Shown here in pieces: positions 59,216 to 64,000 of a stretch of DNA of 64,000 bases (the first letter of the stretch is position 1; each line of letters starts with the position of its first letter). Source of the stretch: an uncultured Ignavibacteriales bacterium (GTDB lineage: Bacteria; Zixibacteria; MSB-5A5; GN15; FEB-12); contig CAYXJN010000005.1 of assembly GCA_964464605.1 (NCBI GenBank), forward strand, positions 1 through 64,000. The letters run 5' to 3'. The notes under the pieces are model-generated. The model was not told the DNA's origin and did not search any database. It was given only the letters and a program-made list of their open reading frames with translations. Position numbers and translations under genes: made by a program.

Positions 59216-60214
59216 ATGTTTGTCGATTATGTCGAAATTGAAATAACCGCCGGTTCGGGCGGGCCGGGTTGTATTTCCTTTCATTCTGAAAAGTATGAAC
59301 CAAAAGGAGGTCCTGACGGCGGTGACGGTGGTCGTGGCGGCGATATTATTGCCGTCGCCGATCCACAGCTAACTACTTTGCTCGATTATCGTTATCAGAA
59401 AAAGTATGCCGCCGAAGAGGGGCGTCCAGGCGGCGGCAACCAGCGGAGCGGGAAGTCCGGCGAGGACACTATTTTGCGGTTTCCGGTCGGGACTATTGTG
59501 GTTGATCGAACGCTCGGGCAAACAATCGCCGATCTGGATGAACCAGGCGCACGAGTCATTTTGGCCAAGGGAGGAAAAGGCGGCCATGGAAACGCCTTTT
59601 ACAAAACTTCCGTTAATCAGGCCCCCCGAAAAGCGCAGGATGGCCAGCCGGGGGAATCGCGTCAGCTTGCCCTGGAATTGAAATTACTCGCGGATGTCGG
59701 ATTGGTCGGACTGCCGAATGCCGGTAAATCTACCATTCTTTCCAGTTTCTCGGCAGCGCGCCCTAAAATAGCAGACTATCCGTTTACGACCTTGAAACCA
59801 AATCTCGGTATTGTCAAACTTCGGGAACACAAATCCTTCGTTATGGCTGATCTACCGGGGCTCATCGAAGGGGCAGCGCAAGGGAAAGGGTTGGGGCATC
59901 AATTTCTCAAACATATCCAGCGAACCCGTTTGTTGCTGTATGTTGTCGATGTCAACGAACCGGATATCGAAAAGACGATCGAATTATTAGACAATGAACT
60001 TGGCAGTTTTGATCCGGCCCTGCTTACTCGTCCTCGCTTGTACGTACTCACCAAGACCGACACCCTTTCGGATGATGACTTGAAAAAACTTTCGGCCAAA
60101 TTACCCGACCGATATCTTTGGCTTTCCGCGGTTAGTCGGAAGGGAGCAGATGAATTCTTACAAGCAATCGAGCGTACACTTGACCACGAGCGAACGCAAG
60201 CAGCAACTCACTGA
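59216..60214 (+). CDS. obgE: Obg-family GTPase CgtA/ObgE
   Basis: MFVD start, GGPDGGDGG.GG, GLPNAGKST, YPFTTL and DLPG. Confidence 0.96.
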   Translation: MFVDYVEIEITAGSGGPGCISFHSEKYEPKGGPDGGDGGRGGDIIAVADPQLTTLLDYRYQKKYAAEEGRPGGGNQRSGKSGEDTILRFPVGTIVVDRTLGQTIADLDEPGARVILAKGGKGGHGNAFYKTSVNQAPRKAQDGQPGESRQLALELKLLADVGLVGLPNAGKSTILSSFSAARPKIADYPFTTLKPNLGIVKLREHKSFVMADLPGLIEGAAQGKGLGHQFLKHIQRTRLLLYVVDVNEPDIEKTIELLDNELGSFDPALLTRPRLYVLTKTDTLSDDDLKKLSAKLPDRYLWLSAVSRKGADEFLQAIERTLDHERTQAATH

Positions 60215-61298
60215 CGCAATCAGGTTATCATTAGTGTCGGGTGTTGGGGATGTACGCTACCGTCAATTGATTGAACGGTTCAAATCACCCAAGGCGGCCA
60301 TGCAGGCATCGATTGCCGAGCTTTCCCAACTCGACGGTATTTCCACAACAACAGCAAAAGCGATTCACGCTGGAAGCGATAAAGCATCGGCCGCCGAAAT
60401 AGCAGCCCGTGTTATTCAGCTCGGCTGGCAGACCTGGTTGTTGGAATCGGAATCATATCCGTTTCGATTAAAGCAGATTTCCGATCCGCCCCCGTTTATT
60501 TTCGGTTTTGGAGAAACGATTTCTTTCTCCGAGCCGATGATCGCGATTGTCGGTACCCGCCATCCCACTGATCGGGGAAGAATGTTCGCTTCGACTTTGG
60601 CCGGTGAGCTTGCTTCGCGCGGAATTCCGGTCGTTTCCGGTATGGCGGAAGGGATCGATTCCGCAGCGCATATGGGAGCAATCGAAGCGAAGGGGAAAAC
60701 ACTCGCCGTTTTGGGCTGCTCGCTTGATTATGTATCATCTACGTTGCGGCGCCAGTTGGCCAATACGATCTCTCAAAACGGGCTTTTATTGTCCGAATAT
60801 TTACCCGGTACGCGGCCGGATAAATCTACCTTTCCGGGTCGAAATCGTATTATTTCCGGCTTGGTAGAAGGTGTTGTGGTGGTCGAAGCAGGCAAAAAAT
60901 CCGGTGCATTGATTACCGCAACCCATGCTATTGAGCAGAACAAAACATTGTTTGCCGTTCCCGGTGCTCCGGATGCAACCATGAGCCAGGGAACGAACGA
61001 ACTGATTAAGCAAGGAGCCCGGTTGATTACATCGGTGACCGACATTTTTGAAGAACTTCCGCAATTGGGCAAAGCAGTTCTCGTCGGCAAAACCGCATTA
61101 AAATTGCCGTCGATGACCAAAGCGGAACGGGCAATTTTTGATAGTGTTGCCGAGGGGCCAAAACAGATCGATCAGCTTTCCCGGTCGTTGAAAGTACCGA
61201 TAGCTGATCTGATGGAATTTTTACTCGCGCTCGAACTAAAAGGGGTAGTACGGGAATTATCCGGTAAACGGTTTACCATCGCCGAAGAATATCGATGA
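60150..61298 (+). CDS. dprA: DNA-processing protein DprA (start perhaps TTG at 60180)
   Basis: AIVGTR, VSGMAEGID..AH, FPGRNRIISG, EAG.KSGALITA and C-terminal winged helix. Confidence 0.95.
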   Translation: MNSYKQSSVHLTTSERKQQLTDAIRLSLVSGVGDVRYRQLIERFKSPKAAMQASIAELSQLDGISTTTAKAIHAGSDKASAAEIAARVIQLGWQTWLLESESYPFRLKQISDPPPFIFGFGETISFSEPMIAIVGTRHPTDRGRMFASTLAGELASRGIPVVSGMAEGIDSAAHMGAIEAKGKTLAVLGCSLDYVSSTLRRQLANTISQNGLLLSEYLPGTRPDKSTFPGRNRIISGLVEGVVVVEAGKKSGALITATHAIEQNKTLFAVPGAPDATMSQGTNELIKQGARLITSVTDIFEELPQLGKAVLVGKTALKLPSMTKAERAIFDSVAEGPKQIDQLSRSLKVPIADLMEFLLALELKGVVRELSGKRFTIAEEYR

Positions 61299-61564
61299 CG
61301 AGCCGTACCGTTGTTATTGCCAACAAACTCGGTCTGCATGCCCGCCCATCGGCCATGTTAGTGACTGCTGCCGCGAAATTCGAAAGCGAAATCTTCTTTA
61401 CCAAAGATAGTCTTAAGGTCAACGGAAAGTCGATTATGGGGGTTATGATGCTTGCGGCCGAAAAGGGATCGCAGGTCATTATTGAAGCGGAAGGCCCGGA
61501 TGAGGTCGCCGCGGTCGATGAACTGGAACGGGTAATCAGCTCCCGGTTCGGTGAGCCGGACTGA
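61295..61564 (+). CDS. ptsH: phosphocarrier protein HPr
   Basis: GLHARP (His15) and GKSIMG (Ser46). Confidence 0.95.
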   Translation: MTSRTVVIANKLGLHARPSAMLVTAAAKFESEIFFTKDSLKVNGKSIMGVMMLAAEKGSQVIIEAEGPDEVAAVDELERVISSRFGEPD

Positions 61565-61626
61565 CAATCTTCTTGCTCGCGCCCCTCTCACTATACGAGA
61601 TTGGCAATGGAGAATAGAGAAAGCGT

Positions 61627-63375
61627 ATGCCAATCAGCCGACGGTTCAGCTTAAAAGGTCAAAGTATATCCCCCGGTTTAGTGCAGGGAACGGCGCATCT
61701 TATTTTGCGCGGTGCACTGGACGTTGCCGAAGTTGTTGTTCCGGCCTCACGAGTTACCGCCGAATGCGAGGCACTTGAACAGGCAGTGCAGGATACTATC
61801 GCCGAACTGCGCGAACTGCGCGACACAGCCGGAAAGCGAATGGCAGGACCGGTCGCAAAAATTTTCGACGCGCAGTTGCTGGTTGCCGGTGACTACGAAT
61901 TTCTGCGCAGAGTGAAAGATGAAATCGGTCGCAGAAAACGCAACGCCGGGTTTGTTTATAATCTGCTCGTTTCCGAAACGCTGGTTCCGCTAAAAACTTC
62001 CAAAGACGAATATATCCGGCAAATGACGATCGACATCGAAGCGGTCGCGCGTCGTGTTCTTTCGCATCTGAGCGGGTTCGGTGAGCGAAGTGAAATGAGT
62101 TTTGAGCCGAACACGATTATCGTGAGCAAACTGCTCACGCCGGGTGAAATTCTGATGTTCAGCGGCAGAAAAGCGACAGGATTTGTGGTCGACGAAGGGG
62201 GCTACAGTTCGCACATGGGACTTATCGCCCGTGCTTTAGCCCTGCCGGTCGTTGTGGTAAGCGATGCAACAGGAAAAATAGCGGATGGGGTTCGGATCAT
62301 TGTCGATGCTGTTGATGCAGAAGTCATTATTAATCCGTCATCCGATGACGCCGCCGAATATGGCCGGAAAAAGCGGAAAATGGGACCGGCGCTTGTCGCC
62401 GGGATTCGCAAGCTCACTATTTTGCCGCCAAAAACACGGGACGGGAAAGAAGTGCATATCGCCGCAAATCTTTCGGTGCCGGGAGCAGCGGATGAAATTT
62501 TAGCCGAAAAGAAAATTCCGGTCGGGTTGTATCGCACTGAGTTTTTGTATTTGGAGCAGGGAAGTTTTCCGGATGAAGCAACGCAGTTTGAGCGGTACGA
62601 TGCGATTGCCGCGCAATTCGCGCCGAGCGTGGTAACGCTGCGCGCGTTCGATTTGGGGTATGACAAAATGTCCCCTTCCGATGAATGGCCGCATGAGGAT
62701 AACCCGGCTTTGGGCTGGCGGGGAATACGGGCGCTTTTGGATATGTCGACCGTTTTCCGGGCACAAATCAGGGCGATTTTGCGGGCTTCAACGAGAAAAA
62801 ATGTCCGGTTGATGCTGCCGATGGTTTCGGATTTATCGGAAATCGATGAGGCCAAAAAGATTATCGCGCAGGAAAAATTCAAACTTCGCAAAGAAGGGGT
62901 AAAATTCGACCCAGACATTAAAATCGGGGTGATGATCGAAGTTCCAGCGGCGGCCCTGGCGGCCGATGCGATCGCCCGGAAAGTCGACTTTTTATCCATA
63001 GGTACCAATGACTTGACCCAGTATACCCTGGCTGCCGACCGGATGAATCAACGCGTGGCCGAGTTATATAGTCCGTACCATCCTGCTGTTCTTCAATTGA
63101 TTAGATTGACTGTTGAGGCCGGAAAACGCTATACTAAGCCTGTATCAGTATGCGGCGAAATGGCCGGCGACGTTCTCGCCCTGCCCGTATTAATTGGTTT
63201 GGGGGTCGATCAATTGTCGATGGGGGCGGTTCGCATTTACGATCTCTGCCGCATGGTTAAACGGATTGACTCCGGCTCCGCTCGTCTGTTGACGACGACC
63301 GTTCTGGCTGCCGGTTCTTTGGAATCGGCCCTGGACAACCTGCAGCGGTTTGCTGCGGCGCTGGAAAAAACATAA
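61627..63375 (+). CDS. ptsI: PEP-protein phosphotransferase, enzyme I
   Basis: GG.SSHM..IAR, GLYRTEFL, MIEVP, SIGTNDLTQY and CGEMAG. Confidence 0.95.
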   Translation: MPISRRFSLKGQSISPGLVQGTAHLILRGALDVAEVVVPASRVTAECEALEQAVQDTIAELRELRDTAGKRMAGPVAKIFDAQLLVAGDYEFLRRVKDEIGRRKRNAGFVYNLLVSETLVPLKTSKDEYIRQMTIDIEAVARRVLSHLSGFGERSEMSFEPNTIIVSKLLTPGEILMFSGRKATGFVVDEGGYSSHMGLIARALALPVVVVSDATGKIADGVRIIVDAVDAEVIINPSSDDAAEYGRKKRKMGPALVAGIRKLTILPPKTRDGKEVHIAANLSVPGAADEILAEKKIPVGLYRTEFLYLEQGSFPDEATQFERYDAIAAQFAPSVVTLRAFDLGYDKMSPSDEWPHEDNPALGWRGIRALLDMSTVFRAQIRAILRASTRKNVRLMLPMVSDLSEIDEAKKIIAQEKFKLRKEGVKFDPDIKIGVMIEVPAAALAADAIARKVDFLSIGTNDLTQYTLAADRMNQRVAELYSPYHPAVLQLIRLTVEAGKRYTKPVSVCGEMAGDVLALPVLIGLGVDQLSMGAVRIYDLCRMVKRIDSGSARLLTTTVLAAGSLESALDNLQRFAAALEKT

Positions 63376-63392
63376 CGGAAAGGTAGGCCACA

Positions 63393-64000
63393 GTGACTCC
63401 AGTGCTCGATGACGTGCAGCGCATACGCGCCGTCGACCCGCAGAATATGTATAATCGCATCTTTGATTTTCCGGAGCAGATGGCCGACGCACTCACGATC
63501 GGACAAAACTGGAAAGTCAGTGCGGCAGATTTTTCAGATATTAAAAATATAGTCGTTATCGGTATGGGCGGCTCCGCAATCGGCGGCGATATGGTTCGTT
63601 CATACTTAGCATCCAAATTACAAATCCCGTTCATGATTGTCCGCAATTACGATCTGCCGGAATTTGTGGATGATGAAACGCTGGTTATCGCGTCCTCATA
63701 CAGCGGCAACACGGAAGAAACATTGTCCGCGCTCGATGAAGCGCTTCGCCGCAAGTCACTCATAGCCGCCATAACCACCGGCGGGATGATGCAGGAAGTC
63801 GCAAAATTGAATGATATTCCAACCGCGATTTTACCGGGCGGAATGCAGCCGCGCGCCGCACTCGGTTATTCATTCGTTCCGCTTCTGATGTTCTTTGAAA
63901 AAATTGGCTTGGTAAAAGGGGCCGCCAAAGAAATTCAGAACGTTATTGCCTCCATGAAAATCTGGCGGGAAAAATATATCGAAGATTCTCCGGTCGGTTC
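63393..64000 (+). CDS. bifunctional phosphoglucose/phosphomannose isomerase (SIS domain), truncated by the window edge
   Basis: Not in the ORF track. Translation from GTG 63393 gives ...DPQNMYNRIFDFPEQ...IVVIGMGGSAIGGD...SSYSGNTEETL...GMQPRAALG. Confidence 0.9.
   Translation, partial: MTPVLDDVQRIRAVDPQNMYNRIFDFPEQMADALTIGQNWKVSAADFSDIKNIVVIGMGGSAIGGDMVRSYLASKLQIPFMIVRNYDLPEFVDDETLVIASSYSGNTEETLSALDEALRRKSLIAAITTGGMMQEVAKLNDIPTAILPGGMQPRAALGYSFVPLLMFFEKIGLVKGAAKEIQNVIASMKIWREKYIEDSPVG

Noticed and set aside
62202..63008. 268-aa antisense ORF and similar shadows (e.g. 9683-10285, 49321-49890, 25630-26148)
   Set aside because: They lie opposite well-supported genes and have no recognisable motifs.

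Overview
This 64-kb window is gene-dense bacterial chromosome from a diderm organism. Cys-flanked dockerin-like C-termini, a T9SS/FlgD-type C-terminal domain and the mcsAB-clpC context suggest FCB superphylum, possibly candidate phylum Zixibacteria (inference). Housekeeping genes include pcrA/uvrD, rpmA, clpC-mcsB-mcsA, lolCD, obgE, dprA, ptsH/ptsI, pilT, a Fur/Zur-znuACB operon and two ECF sigma operons. I saw no rRNA, tRNA, CRISPR array or transposase. The most interesting signals are: (1) a ~250-nt structured 5' leader with compensatory base changes, conserved in front of two tandem dockerin-bearing beta-helix paralogs, which is a candidate new cis-regulatory RNA; (2) a possible non-cellulosomal cohesin-dockerin surface display system, with one sigma54-driven cohesin plus T9SS-type CTD protein and four dockerin-tailed secreted proteins; (3) an orphan PhoB-type regulator, a TonB receptor and an internally duplicated dockerin protein, each preceded by Pho-box-like repeats at ~11-bp spacing; (4) a myo-inositol-kinase-like PfkB gene paired with a CDP-alcohol phosphatidyltransferase, possibly an inositol-lipid salvage route; (5) a leaderless, autoregulated Fur/Zur gene. 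All calls come from reading motifs by eye; no searches were run.
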